From Thermoplasmata archaeon (GTDB lineage: Archaea > Thermoplasmatota > Thermoplasmata > Lutacidiplasmatales > UBA184): a DNA stretch of 64,000 bases. Within the stretch, counting starts at the first letter, position 1, and each line of letters opens with the position of its first letter. Below, one piece after another: positions 29,921 to 39,444 of this stretch. The translations under genes were made by a program, and so were the position numbers. The DNA is taken from NCBI GenBank assembly GCA_022750375.1, contig JAKIVU010000004.1, forward strand, positions 25,076 through 89,075. Reading direction: 5' to 3'. Under the pieces are notes generated by a model that saw only the letters and a program-made list of their open reading frames with translations, was not told where the DNA came from and ran no database searches.

Positions 29921-30406
29921 ATGGTCGTATTGGAGAACCCACCCGAGAACCCGTGTTTTGGGTGCGGTCCGCATCATGCGCGAGGACTGCGCCTGGAGTT
30001 CACGAAGGAGGTCGGCTCGGACGGCGTCGACGAGATCCGGACCTCGTTCACCCCGCACGCGGACGAGATAGGTTGGCCAGGACTCTTCCATACGGGACTC
30101 CATTTCACGGTGTTGTACGAAGTCTCGTACTGGACGGCCCTCACGTTGGGGGGCCGACTGATGGTCAGCACGGGACCGGGTACCTACGCGCACCAGCGAC
30201 TGCCGCGGGTCGGTCGACCGCACGTCGCGCGGGCCCGGATCGCCCCATGGGACGGAGCGACTCGGATGATTCGCGCGACGACGGAGACGGCCGACGGGAA
30301 GCCGTGCGGAACGTTGGAAACTTCCTGGCGGTTCGTGGATCGTACGGAACTTGACCGCGCGGGCCTGCAACTGCCCGACTACCTACTCTCGGAGGTTCCT
30401 CCGTGA
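29921..30406 (+). CDS. hotdog-fold thioesterase-like protein
   Basis: The N-terminal NPCFGCGPHHARGLRLEF motif is common in PaaI/FcoT-like hotdog proteins. 161 aa. Confidence 0.6.
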   Translation: MVVLENPPENPCFGCGPHHARGLRLEFTKEVGSDGVDEIRTSFTPHADEIGWPGLFHTGLHFTVLYEVSYWTALTLGGRLMVSTGPGTYAHQRLPRVGRPHVARARIAPWDGATRMIRATTETADGKPCGTLETSWRFVDRTELDRAGLQLPDYLLSEVPP

Positions 30407-30460
30407 AGCCAGGACAGGATCCCCGCTCCCGGCAAAACGCAGCGCGGCCGAACGCAGTCC

Positions 30461-30467
30461 TATAATA
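30461..30467 (+). promoter_or_regulatory. candidate TATA box for tRNA-Phe
   Basis: TATAATA lies 28-34 nt upstream of the tRNA 5' end. Confidence 0.45.
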
Positions 30468-30494
30468 CCCAGTACATACCCCTCGCTCCATCGT

Positions 30495-30568
30495 GCCGCG
30501 GTAACTCAGTTTGGGAGAGTGCAAGACTGAAGATCTTGAAGCCGCCGGTTCAAGCCCGGCCCGCGGCA
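30495..30568 (+). tRNA. tRNA-Phe (anticodon GAA)
   Basis: Acceptor GCCGCGG/CCGCGGC, D arm ACTC..GAGT, anticodon stem CAAGA/TCTTG with loop CT-GAA-GA, T arm GCCGG-TTCAAGC-CCGGC, discriminator A. No encoded CCA. Confidence 0.9.
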
Positions 30569-30656
30569 CTCCCCCTCCTCTCGAGCCTCCGCCGACTCCC
30601 AACGGCTACGGCCGGCCACCGGCCTCAGCCATCGCGATAGATCGACGCGCAGAGGC

Positions 30657-32003
30657 TCACGACGGTGTCCCGATCGGGACGTGAACCGACCCCGTGACCG
30701 GAGCGGCGGAGGTCGCCGTCAAAACGATTTTGTCGTTCACCAACTCGGTCGGAGAAATGATGCTAAACTGGCCCCAGACGGAGACGAGGTTCGTGGCGGT
30801 GTCATTCCAGGTGTTGGTCGTGAAGTTGTAGACCGACCAGACCTCCCCCGTCGAATAATTCTGTACCTCTAAGGTGATCCCGGTGGTCGAGATCGGGTCG
30901 CTGGTCGTCGCGTTCTTCAAGGCGACCGTCACGTCCCCCGCGGGCAACCGATCGGTCGTGGTGAGGAACAGAGTGCCATTCGTGACGTAATTGCTCCCGA
31001 CCTTCTCTTGGAACGGGAAGTTGAACTCCTCCAGTTGGCTCTCGAAAGTCGGCTTTCCTCCGCCGGAGTGGGAGGTGCTCAGCGTCGGGCACGCGCTGGT
31101 CGAATTGAGCCCGCGGACCTGGAGTCCGGTCGTGGCGTTCACGCTCGCCAGGAATTGGGCTGGAGCACCGCCGCTCAATGTGGTCCCGTCGTCCGCTCCC
31201 AGGTTGCAGTTGGTATAGTCGATCTCCCAGCTGGCGCCGCTCGTGTTCCCCAGGAAGGTGACGCTCGGCACCAGGATCTCTTCGATGTCGTAGGCACCGT
31301 GGGCCGAGATAAATTCGGAGCCCCCGTCGTCGTACGCGACCGCCGCGGCAGCCGGACTGTTCACGTAGGGGGCGGGTAGGCCGAGACCAGTGAGGCCCGG
31401 AAGACATCCCCCGTACTCCCCTTCGGTCAGCAGCGGAGTTGCGACCCCGCCGAACACCGCGACCTCGAGGAGGCCGAAGGTGACGTTGTGGAAGAAAATG
31501 TCCCAGGCATTGCTCGTGCCGGCGTTCGGCGACGCGCTCGTGGCCGGAATGGACGTGATGGAGGACGCGGTCGAGAGGAGATTCACCTCGCATCCACCTC
31601 CGGACAAAGTGGCGTTCAGTAGGGTCGAATTGACCGTCAGCGCGGTGCCGTCGATGACCCCCGCTCCCCCGCTGAGACTCCAAGGTCCGCCGGAAACCGA
31701 CGACGTGTCCGGCTGCGCGGCGTCGGCCGCCTGCGAGTAGGTCTCCCCTGCTCCACTCCCCCCACCCGGACCGGAAGCCCCCGTGTTGCTGGAGGAGAAC
31801 GGCCCGATGTGTCCCGCATACAGTCCCGCCAGCACGACCGCGACAACGACCACGAGCACGACCGCCACGACAATGCCGAGCTTCGGCTTGGGCCTCGCGG
31901 ACGCAGGCATCGACGACGGAGTCCACGCGGGGGCGGAGTAGTTCGGAGGCGGAGGGGCCGGCGCTTCCGTGGGCGGTGACATTGCGGTCACGGTCGTCTG
32001 CAT
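30657..32003 (-). CDS. membrane-anchored extracellular protein, heavily sequon-decorated (putative surface glycoprotein)
   Basis: Pro-rich N-terminus, one TM helix (LGIVVAVVLVVVVAVVLAGLYAG), Gly/Ser linker, then at least 10 NxS/T sequons (NST, NAT, NVT, NTS, NAT, NST, NGT, NAT, NYS, NFT, NDT). Confidence 0.6.
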   Translation of the reverse strand: MQTTVTAMSPPTEAPAPPPPNYSAPAWTPSSMPASARPKPKLGIVVAVVLVVVVAVVLAGLYAGHIGPFSSSNTGASGPGGGSGAGETYSQAADAAQPDTSSVSGGPWSLSGGAGVIDGTALTVNSTLLNATLSGGGCEVNLLSTASSITSIPATSASPNAGTSNAWDIFFHNVTFGLLEVAVFGGVATPLLTEGEYGGCLPGLTGLGLPAPYVNSPAAAAVAYDDGGSEFISAHGAYDIEEILVPSVTFLGNTSGASWEIDYTNCNLGADDGTTLSGGAPAQFLASVNATTGLQVRGLNSTSACPTLSTSHSGGGKPTFESQLEEFNFPFQEKVGSNYVTNGTLFLTTTDRLPAGDVTVALKNATTSDPISTTGITLEVQNYSTGEVWSVYNFTTNTWNDTATNLVSVWGQFSIISPTELVNDKIVLTATSAAPVTGSVHVPIGTPS

Positions 32004-32206
32004 CCCGGCCGGCCCGAGCCGACTGACCCGTACTTAACAGTTTGGCGAACCTCACCCAGCGTCTCGGTCGCAAACGCCGAGTTGCACCGCGAATCCGCGA
32101 AAAGCCCCGAACCATGACGTCGGCAAATCATTCGTCCGCTGCGTAGCGGCCCGTTCCCCTTTATGACGGAAGACTTGATGATTCGGTGTGGGTTTGGTCG
32201 ACTCCC

Positions 32207-32752
32207 ATGGCGCGAAAGTTCGCACGGCTGCGCCGGGGAAGCGTTCCCGACTCTCCGGATGCGTCGGTGGTGCCCACCGACGGCATGTGTCTCAGCGTTT
32301 TTCTCGTCTTCCGTCCCACCGAAGCGCCGGAAAAAGTGCTCTTCGGCAAGATCGAGCCTTCGGCATCGTGGTACGACCTCTCGGCGCTCGGACCCGACCG
32401 GGTCGGGCGCCTCCTGAATCTCTGGCTCCTCCCGGCGAGTCAGCTCCTGCTGCTGGAGGGCCCGGACGTGGCGGCGCGTCGGGTCGCCCAGGAGCAGCTG
32501 GGCATCGAGCTCCGGGAGCTCCCCGCGCCCCGGGTGTTCTCGGAGACCTCTGCTCGTCCCGGTACCGAGGGCCGAGACCCTCACTGGGACCTGCACTTCG
32601 TCTACGACCTTCCTTGGCCGGCGGGCCGCGCCCTCCGCGCGCCGGCGTGGAAAGACCTCCAGCTCCTCGACGTCGTCCGGACCTCTCGGAAAGAGATCGG
32701 CCGAGGTCACGCCGACGTTCTCGACCTGGTCGGCCTCATCGCCGCGCCGTAG
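32207..32752 (+). CDS. possible Nudix-like hydrolase (degenerate Nudix box)
   Basis: ATG at 32207 chosen. The segment EGPDVAARRVAQEQLGIEL only loosely resembles Gx5Ex7REUxEExGU. Confidence 0.4.
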   Translation: MARKFARLRRGSVPDSPDASVVPTDGMCLSVFLVFRPTEAPEKVLFGKIEPSASWYDLSALGPDRVGRLLNLWLLPASQLLLLEGPDVAARRVAQEQLGIELRELPAPRVFSETSARPGTEGRDPHWDLHFVYDLPWPAGRALRAPAWKDLQLLDVVRTSRKEIGRGHADVLDLVGLIAAP

Positions 32753-32791
32753 CGGCCCTCTCACGCCGGCCGCGGCCTCTCGCCTCGAGCG

Positions 32792-33319
32792 CTAACGCTT
32801 CGGGACGAACCAGACGTCCGTGACCGAATACTTCGGGTTCGGTTCGAAGACGGCTTGGACGGGCATCCCGACGTAGAGGTCGGATTCGACCGCTTCCTTG
32901 AGCCGGACGAGCAGCAGGCTGCCCACTCCGTCGAACTCCACCATCGCGAGGTTGTACGGGGTCTCCTTGAGGAACGCCTCGCTCCCGAAGTGGCAGGTCG
33001 TCCACGAGTGGACCCGGCCCACGGTCGGGAGGTCGAGCCACTCCGTCGGGGCACCGCAGACCATGCAGTGGCCCCGGGGCGTGGCGAAAACGAACCGGCA
33101 CTTTGGTCGCCGGCAGCGTGAGCCCCGGAGGTGACCTTCGGCGAGACCGAGGAAGAAAGGGGAATCCTCGGCGTAACTGTGGATGTAGTTGATGGAGTAC
33201 GGATAGTGGATGATCAGGCTCTCCGCACCCTCCGCGTCCCGGAAGATCGCCGCGCCGCTCCGCTCGAGTTCGGCCTGTACCTCGCGGAACTTGCCGAACG
33301 ACGGGGGGCGGGCCCTCAT
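32792..33319 (-). CDS. DUF35-type Zn-ribbon/OB-fold protein (thiolase partner)
   Basis: Zn ribbon CRRPKCRFVFATPRGHCMVCG followed by an OB-like C-terminus. The ATG at 33319 overlaps the thiolase-like gene's TGA (ATGA). Confidence 0.8.
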   Translation of the reverse strand: MRARPPSFGKFREVQAELERSGAAIFRDAEGAESLIIHYPYSINYIHSYAEDSPFFLGLAEGHLRGSRCRRPKCRFVFATPRGHCMVCGAPTEWLDLPTVGRVHSWTTCHFGSEAFLKETPYNLAMVEFDGVGSLLLVRLKEAVESDLYVGMPVQAVFEPNPKYSVTDVWFVPKR

Positions 33320-34755
33320 TTGAACCCTCGTTCCATGATCGAGACCGTCACGGCGGAGCCGGTACCGGCGTGACTGTGGATCGCACCGCGACGCGCGTCC
33401 GGGATCTGGAGCGCCGGGTCCCCGAAGTGCTTCGCGATCGTTCCCTGCAACTGCCAGAACGCGAAGACGCCCTGCATGAGGCCGGTCGCGCCGACGGGAT
33501 GCCCGCAAGCGATCAGCCCGCCGGAAGGGTTCACCGGGATCTGACCCGCGCGTGGCGTGGGGAATCCGTAGTCGATCCCGGGCAGGAATGGATCGCCTTG
33601 CTCGACGAAGTCGTAGCCCTCACCGTACCGGCAGAGACCGAGATCCTCGTACGTCTGGATCTCGCTCGACGCATAGGCATCATGCAGCTCGATGAAGTCC
33701 AGCTGCTTGTTGGGGTTCGTGACCCCGGCCATTTTGTAGGCCTCGAGGCCGGCGGCCCGGCCTGCGCGGAACGAATGGACTCCCGGATAGCGAAGGTCTT
33801 CGTAGTCACTCGCCCGCTCGTGGGGCATGAGAGGGACCTTGCCGAACGGGCGGTCTGCAAGACGCATGGTATCCGTTCCGGTGCCGACGCCGATGATGCG
33901 CACGGGTTTGTCGGTGAACTCCTTCGCGCGCGCTTCATCGCAAAGCACTACGACCGCGGCGCCGTCGCTCATCGTGCAAATCTGCTCGCGGGTCAGCGGG
34001 TAGCTGATCATCTCCGAGCGAAGCACGTCCTCGACGGTCAGCTTCTTCGGATACTGCGCCCAGGGGTTGTGGAGTGCGTTTCGGTGGTTCTTCACCGACA
34101 CGAGGCTCATGATCCGGCATCCCTCGGCGATCGCGAGCCGCTGCGCCTCGCGCTCGTCCTTGACCCCGGCAAACTTGCCCCGCCGGAGGTACTCATAGAT
34201 GTGGCGCACGACCATCAGGGCGTAGTACCCCGTGTAGAAACCGCCGAGCGGGAAATCGAAGTTGGTATCCGAGGCGAGCGCGATGAACTCGTTGCCTTTC
34301 CACGTCGCCACGCGGCTCATCGTCTCGAAGCCCGCACCGAGGCAGACATCCATACGGCCGCTCGCGACCGCCTCGTACGCCGCCTGGAAGCATTCGCCCC
34401 CGGTCGCGCCCCCCCACTCGATCCGGACGGACCCCTTGGGATTCATCCCGAGGTAGTCCTGGACCATGCTGGCCGCCTTCAACTGCCGGGTGAAATGGTC
34501 CGAAAAGTACGAGATCCGGGTCCCGTCGATCCGGTCGTTCGTGAGGTTCGGGATCCCTTTCAGCGCGTAGTCGTAGGCACGCTTCACCATCAGGCGGAAG
34601 TCCATCGCCGGATGCGCCTTCGCGAACTTCGTGAGACCGCCGGTGACCATGAACACCTTCCGGGCCTTGGTCGACGGGGTGACGGTCCGGTCGGCCGCGG
34701 AGATGGAGCGCACGGGGTTCGCTGCCTTCGACTTTCCCTTCGAACGAGCCGGCAC
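33316..34755 (-). CDS. thiolase-fold (SCP-x-like) protein
   Basis: C-terminal NPSGGLIACGHPVGATG and ASGRMDVCLGAGFETMS. The N-terminal about 30 aa may be an over-extension. See the finding on the missing nucleophilic Cys. Confidence 0.8.
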   Translation of the reverse strand: MPARSKGKSKAANPVRSISAADRTVTPSTKARKVFMVTGGLTKFAKAHPAMDFRLMVKRAYDYALKGIPNLTNDRIDGTRISYFSDHFTRQLKAASMVQDYLGMNPKGSVRIEWGGATGGECFQAAYEAVASGRMDVCLGAGFETMSRVATWKGNEFIALASDTNFDFPLGGFYTGYYALMVVRHIYEYLRRGKFAGVKDEREAQRLAIAEGCRIMSLVSVKNHRNALHNPWAQYPKKLTVEDVLRSEMISYPLTREQICTMSDGAAVVVLCDEARAKEFTDKPVRIIGVGTGTDTMRLADRPFGKVPLMPHERASDYEDLRYPGVHSFRAGRAAGLEAYKMAGVTNPNKQLDFIELHDAYASSEIQTYEDLGLCRYGEGYDFVEQGDPFLPGIDYGFPTPRAGQIPVNPSGGLIACGHPVGATGLMQGVFAFWQLQGTIAKHFGDPALQIPDARRGAIHSHAGTGSAVTVSIMERGFK

Positions 34756-34859
34756 GATAGATTCCTCGCGCGGCCCATTCGGGTCCGGTTCTTAAGTTTC
34801 TGCGCCCCGGGTCTCGGGCTCGCGGAACGCTTTAGGTCCCGCGTCGTTTGCATCGCCCG

Positions 34860-35831
34860 ATGCCCCGACCGCCTCCGAAGAAGGACCTGCTCTCCATCAG
34901 CGACGTAGCGGCGGAGCTTCCGTCTCTCCTCGCCCGCGCGGCCCAGCTCAAAGAGGAGCGGGCCGCCGGGGTCCGTTCTGCCACCCTCCCCGGCCGAAAT
35001 CTCGGGATGATCTTTGAGAAGCCTTCGACCCGGACCCGCACGTCGTTCGAAGTGGCGATCAACGACCTCGGAGGGCACGCGATCTACCTCTCGACCAAGG
35101 ACCTCCAGCTCGGCCGGGGGGAGACGATCGCCGACACGGCTCGGGTACTCTCACGGTACTGCGATGCGCTGGCGTACCGCGCCTTCCGTCACTCCGACAT
35201 GCTCGAGCTCGCGCGGTGGGCTTCGATTCCTGTCATCAACGCGCTCGATGATCTCGAGCATCCGTGCCAGATCGTCGCGGACCTGCTCACGATGAGCGAG
35301 CGGTGGAGCGGCCGGTTCGGGGGGAAGCGGGTCGCTTGGATCGGGGACGGGAACAACGTGCTCCATTCGCTCCTGTTGGGGGCGGCCGCCGTTGGACTCG
35401 ACCTCACGGCGGCGACGCCCGCACAGTATCGCCCCCATCCCGAGGTCCTCGCAGCCGCTCAGGAACTCGCGCGGCGCTCGGGCGCGACGCTCCGCCTCAC
35501 GACGGACCCCGCGAAAGCCGCGGACGGCGCGAACGCACTCTATACGGACGTCTGGGTGTCAATGGGGGACGAGGCGGAGCAAGCGGCGCGGGAGCGAGCG
35601 TTTCAGAATTTCCAGGTCAACAAGGAGTTGCTCGCGAAAGCGGCTCCGGACGCCTTCGTCCTTCACGACCTCCCCGCCCACCGAGGGCAAGAGATCACCG
35701 ACGAGGTCCTGGACGGACCGCGGTCGGCGGCATGGGACCAGGCGGAGAACCGGCTGCACGCGCAGAAGGCGATCCTCGAGCGCCTGCTTCCCGGACCGCG
35801 ACTCGCCGGCCGTTCCCGTCGCGGATCCTGA
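34860..35831 (+). CDS. argF: ornithine carbamoyltransferase-like transcarbamylase
   Basis: STRTR, HPCQ and DVWVSMG motifs. HDLPA occupies the place of canonical HCLPA. ATG at 34860 preferred over TTG at 34848. Confidence 0.85.
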   Translation: MPRPPPKKDLLSISDVAAELPSLLARAAQLKEERAAGVRSATLPGRNLGMIFEKPSTRTRTSFEVAINDLGGHAIYLSTKDLQLGRGETIADTARVLSRYCDALAYRAFRHSDMLELARWASIPVINALDDLEHPCQIVADLLTMSERWSGRFGGKRVAWIGDGNNVLHSLLLGAAAVGLDLTAATPAQYRPHPEVLAAAQELARRSGATLRLTTDPAKAADGANALYTDVWVSMGDEAEQAARERAFQNFQVNKELLAKAAPDAFVLHDLPAHRGQEITDEVLDGPRSAAWDQAENRLHAQKAILERLLPGPRLAGRSRRGS

Positions 35832-35840
35832 CGGGCGGTC

Positions 35841-36290
35841 TCACCCGGGGGCGGCCGGGTCCGCCTTGAGACGGACCTTCAACAGACGTTCGATCCGTCG
35901 CACGAGGTCGTCGGCTGGACGAAAGCTGCCGGATTCGATCTTGAGGACGACCGACTTCTTCTCATTCAGTTTTTTCCCGAGCTCCTCCGGGGTCCAGTGC
36001 AGCGCCTCGCGGGCGATCCGGATCCGCTTCGCCCAGTCGGGCGCCAACTCCATCTCGCCGATCTCGGTGTAGAGGTCGCGCTCCTGCATCGAGCGGCCGC
36101 CCCCGCCGGGGCGCGACGCGCCGCCCGCGTAGGCGGTGCGTCGAGGCCCTGCGGGCGCCGCCATGGGCGCCGGTGGCGGGTCGACCGCCTTCCCGAACCG
36201 AGCGCAGTCACCGCAGAGGTTGAGGGTCGAGCCCTCGACCCTCACTCGGCTCGTCATCTCGACGTCGTTACCGCACATTTCACACAGCAT
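35841..36290 (-). CDS. mbf1: archaeal multiprotein-bridging factor 1 (aMBF1; Zn ribbon + XRE-type HTH)
   Basis: N-terminal CEMCG...CGDC. C-terminal HTH WTPEELGKKLNEKKSVVLKIESG. Confidence 0.85.
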   Translation of the reverse strand: MLCEMCGNDVEMTSRVRVEGSTLNLCGDCARFGKAVDPPPAPMAAPAGPRRTAYAGGASRPGGGGRSMQERDLYTEIGEMELAPDWAKRIRIAREALHWTPEELGKKLNEKKSVVLKIESGSFRPADDLVRRIERLLKVRLKADPAAPG

Positions 36291-36801
36291 GGTGTTCCTC
36301 CTTCTCTACCGCCCGGCTTCGGGCCCGTCGGCGTAGTTCCGTTCGCTGCCGCCCCTCTTCAAAACGTCGACGTTCCTCGTCCGTGGTGAGCGTGAGGCGG
36401 GGCACCGGGATCGGCTCGTTGTTAGGTCCGACCGCGACCATCGTCACGTACGCCTCTGCGACGGGGTGGGGCGCTCCCCCCTCGAGCGGTTCGGCGCGAA
36501 TCTGCACCCAGACCTCCATCGAGGTCCTTCCCACGTACGTGAGCCTCGAGTCGAGGTCCACGACCTCCCCCACATGGACCGGAGCGAGAAAGTCGACCCG
36601 GTCGAACGAGGCCGTGACGCAGTTGGATTTTGAGTGCCGAGTGGCCGTAATGTAGGCGACCCGGTCCACCTCGGCGAGCAACTGACCGCCGAAGACGTTC
36701 CCCATAAAGTTCGCGTCGGTGGGGATCGTGAGTCGCACGACCGAGGCACGACTGTGTTCGACCGTGCGAAGAGAAGGTTCGACCAAGCGAACGGACCTCA
36801 A
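36280..36801 (-). CDS. acyl-CoA thioesterase (hotdog fold, YciA/BFIT-like)
   Basis: ANFMGNVFGGQLLAEVDRVAYITA and VTASFDRVDFLAPVHVGE. Overlaps the mbf1 start by 11 nt. Confidence 0.8.
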   Translation of the reverse strand: MRSVRLVEPSLRTVEHSRASVVRLTIPTDANFMGNVFGGQLLAEVDRVAYITATRHSKSNCVTASFDRVDFLAPVHVGEVVDLDSRLTYVGRTSMEVWVQIRAEPLEGGAPHPVAEAYVTMVAVGPNNEPIPVPRLTLTTDEERRRFEEGRQRTELRRRARSRAVEKEEHHAV

Positions 36802-36962
36802 AGAAGGGGGAGTGGACCGACCGACCCGGGCCCTAAATGCGTTTCGACCGTCTGCGGCCCGCGCCGGCGGACGAGTCGAACGGCCGCGCCCGAACCGTTC
36901 CTCCGCCTCTCAGGGCGCGGTTCATTATCTCCTCCGGCCTCCCCCGGCCGGGTGCACGATCG

Positions 36963-37358
36963 ATGCCCGCAAAGAAGAAGACCGCAAACCTGCCGAAAGC
37001 CACGTTCTCGAGCGTCGCCGTCGTCGTCTCGAACCGGAAGAAGTCCCTGGAGTGGTACACGAAGAAACTTGGGCTCGACCAGATCGTTTCGATGGAGCAT
37101 TGGGTCACGGTCGGGCGGAAAGGGAAGGACGGAGTGATCCACCTTTGCCAGACCTCCGAGTACGACAAGTCGATCCCGCCCGAGAAAGGGAACACCGGTA
37201 TCAACCTCCATATTCCGGGAAACTTCGAAACGTCGTGCGCCGCACTCGCGGCGGCGGGAGTGAAGTTCAGCACCCCGCCAACGAAAGAGGAGTGGGGATC
37301 CTGGGCAGCGGTCAAAGACCCCGACGGGAACGAGATCACCCTCACGCCCGCGAGCTGA
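36963..37358 (+). CDS. VOC/glyoxalase-family protein (intact paralog of the 12651-13100 locus)
   Basis: ATG at 36963. FSSVAVVVSNRKKSLEWY...WAAVKDPDGNEITL. The gene looks less GC-rich than its surroundings by eye. Confidence 0.8.
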   Translation: MPAKKKTANLPKATFSSVAVVVSNRKKSLEWYTKKLGLDQIVSMEHWVTVGRKGKDGVIHLCQTSEYDKSIPPEKGNTGINLHIPGNFETSCAALAAAGVKFSTPPTKEEWGSWAAVKDPDGNEITLTPAS

Positions 37359-37974
37359 GATCCACCGACCCGCTCGGGGTCGGCACCCGATCGTCCGGGC
37401 GCTGATACAGCGTCCGACCGGGTCTCAGCTCCGCCACCGGCCGAAACCCCGCCGACCGGAACAACGGATCGGAGAACCCCGCCCAACTCTTCGGTAGGCC
37501 GAGGAGGCAGTAGCCGCCCGGTCGAGCGACTCGGTAGAGTTCGGAGACTGCGCGGGGGACGTCCTTCGCTTCCATGCAGCAGAGAACGCCGAAGGAGAGC
37601 AGGAGGTCGACCGAGGCATTCGAGATCGGCAGATGGTCCCCGGAGCCGCGGAGCCACCCGGCCGCGGCGGAGCCTCGCCGACGTGAGCCGCGCTGGAGCA
37701 TCGCCCGTTGAGGGTCGAGCACGAGTCGGCGGGCGTACGTGCCGGCCGGGGCGACTCGAGCGGCCTCCTCGGTCCCTATCCCGGTTCCGCCCCCGACGTC
37801 CAGCAGCAGGCCCGCGGTGCCCGTGTGTCCGTCCATCAAGGAGAGCAGACGACGAAGTCTCCAACGGCGAAGCGGCAACCCCTGAAGCCACGCCCACTCG
37901 ACGCGCGCGGACAGGGGCGGCGGCCATCGCATCCGCGGACCGGGACGCCGCCCGGGCCCAACTGCCTCGGCCAT
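37342..37974 (-). CDS. class I SAM-dependent methyltransferase
   Basis: Motif I LLDVGGGTGIG. Methyltransf_11-like core VDLLLSFGVLCCM...LYRVARPGG. Confidence 0.7.
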   Translation of the reverse strand: MAEAVGPGRRPGPRMRWPPPLSARVEWAWLQGLPLRRWRLRRLLSLMDGHTGTAGLLLDVGGGTGIGTEEAARVAPAGTYARRLVLDPQRAMLQRGSRRRGSAAAGWLRGSGDHLPISNASVDLLLSFGVLCCMEAKDVPRAVSELYRVARPGGYCLLGLPKSWAGFSDPLFRSAGFRPVAELRPGRTLYQRPDDRVPTPSGSVDLSSRA

Positions 37975-38083
37975 CCGGACCCGCGGATGGACGGAGCTCC
38001 TCGGGCTAACGGTTGCGGGAACGGTCCGGCCGCGCCGCGAAGCCCGCGTCAGGCCGTCTCTCGGCGGTGCGGAAGAGAACGCC

Positions 38084-38089
38084 TATATA
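38084..38089 (+). promoter_or_regulatory. candidate TATA box for the tuf-rps10 unit
   Basis: TATATA lies 35-40 nt upstream of the tuf ATG at 38124. Confidence 0.45.
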
Positions 38090-38123
38090 GGGGTACCTTT
38101 TGGGCGCGCCCGGAGCCCACGCT

Positions 38124-39404
38124 ATGGCACAGAAGCCCCACCTCAACATCGTCTTCATTGGCCACGTCGACCACGGCAAGTCGACGACCGTCGGTCGACT
38201 GCTGGTCGACACGGGCGTCATCCGACAGGAAGAGATCGACAAGTTCCGTGCGGAAGCCGAGGCGAAGGGCAAGGCGACGTTCGAGTTCGCCTGGGTCATG
38301 GACGACCTCAAGGAGGAACGCGAGCGGGGCGTCACGATCGACATCGCCCACCGCCGGTTTGACACTCAGAAGTATTACTTCACCATCATCGACGCGCCCG
38401 GCCACCGTGACTTCGTTAAGAACATGATCACGGGCACGAGCCAGGCCGATGCGGCCGTGCTCGTCGTCTCGGCGGCGGAAGGGGTCCAGGAACAGACCCG
38501 GGAGCACATTTTCCTCGCGCGTACGCTCGGGGTCAACCAGCTGATCTGCGCCATCAACAAGATGGACCGGCAAGAGGTCAACTTCTCCGAGGCGAAGTTC
38601 GAGGCGGTCAAGGAAGAGCTCACGAAGCTCCTCAAGAACGTCGGCTACAAGGTCGCCGAGCAGGTCGTCTTCCTCCCGATCTCCGCGTTCAAGGACGACA
38701 ACATCAACAAGGCGAGCCCCAACATGCCGTGGTTCAAGGGGCCGAACCTCCTCGCCGCGCTCGACAACCTGAAGGTGCCGGAGAAGGCGACGGGCAAGCC
38801 GCTCCGCCTCCCGGTCCAGGACGTCTACACGATCACGGGCATCGGCACCGTCCCCGTCGGCCGGGTCGAGACCGGGATGCTGAAGGTCGGCGAGAAGATC
38901 ATCTTCCTGCCGAGCGGCAAGTCGGGCGAAGTGAAGTCGATCGAGATGCACCACGAGGCGGTCACCGAAGCCCAGCCGGGCGACAACGTCGGGTTCAACG
39001 TCCGCGGCATCGACAAGAACGACATCCGACGCGGCGACGTCGCGGGACCGTTGTCGAACCCGCCCACGGTCGTGGAGAGCTTCACCGCCAACATCCAGGT
39101 CCTGAACCACCCGAGCGTGCTGACGGTCGGCTACACGCCGGTCTTCCATGCGCACACGGCGCAGGTCGCCTGCGAGTTCACCCAGATCCTGAAGCGCCTT
39201 GACCCGAAGACGGGCCAGGTCGCCGAGGAGAACCCCACGACCCTGAAGACGGGGGACGCCGCGGTCGTCGTCATCACGCCGAAGCGACCGCTGGTCATTG
39301 AGAAGTACAAAGAGTTCCCTCAGCTCGGTCGGTTCGCCGTCCGGGACATGGGACAGACCGTCGCGGCGGGCGTTGTCGTCGACGTCAAGAAGCGCGAGCA
39401 GTAA
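38124..39404 (+). CDS. tuf: translation elongation factor EF-1 alpha
   Basis: [17 protein letters not shown] and NKMD motifs. N-terminus [21 protein letters not shown]. Confidence 0.97.
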   Translation: MAQKPHLNIVFIGHVDHGKSTTVGRLLVDTGVIRQEEIDKFRAEAEAKGKATFEFAWVMDDLKEERERGVTIDIAHRRFDTQKYYFTIIDAPGHRDFVKNMITGTSQADAAVLVVSAAEGVQEQTREHIFLARTLGVNQLICAINKMDRQEVNFSEAKFEAVKEELTKLLKNVGYKVAEQVVFLPISAFKDDNINKASPNMPWFKGPNLLAALDNLKVPEKATGKPLRLPVQDVYTITGIGTVPVGRVETGMLKVGEKIIFLPSGKSGEVKSIEMHHEAVTEAQPGDNVGFNVRGIDKNDIRRGDVAGPLSNPPTVVESFTANIQVLNHPSVLTVGYTPVFHAHTAQVACEFTQILKRLDPKTGQVAEENPTTLKTGDAAVVVITPKRPLVIEKYKEFPQLGRFAVRDMGQTVAAGVVVDVKKREQ

Positions 39405-39444
39405 CGCCGCGCGGGGTTCGACCGACCGAGGGGGTGGGCTATCG

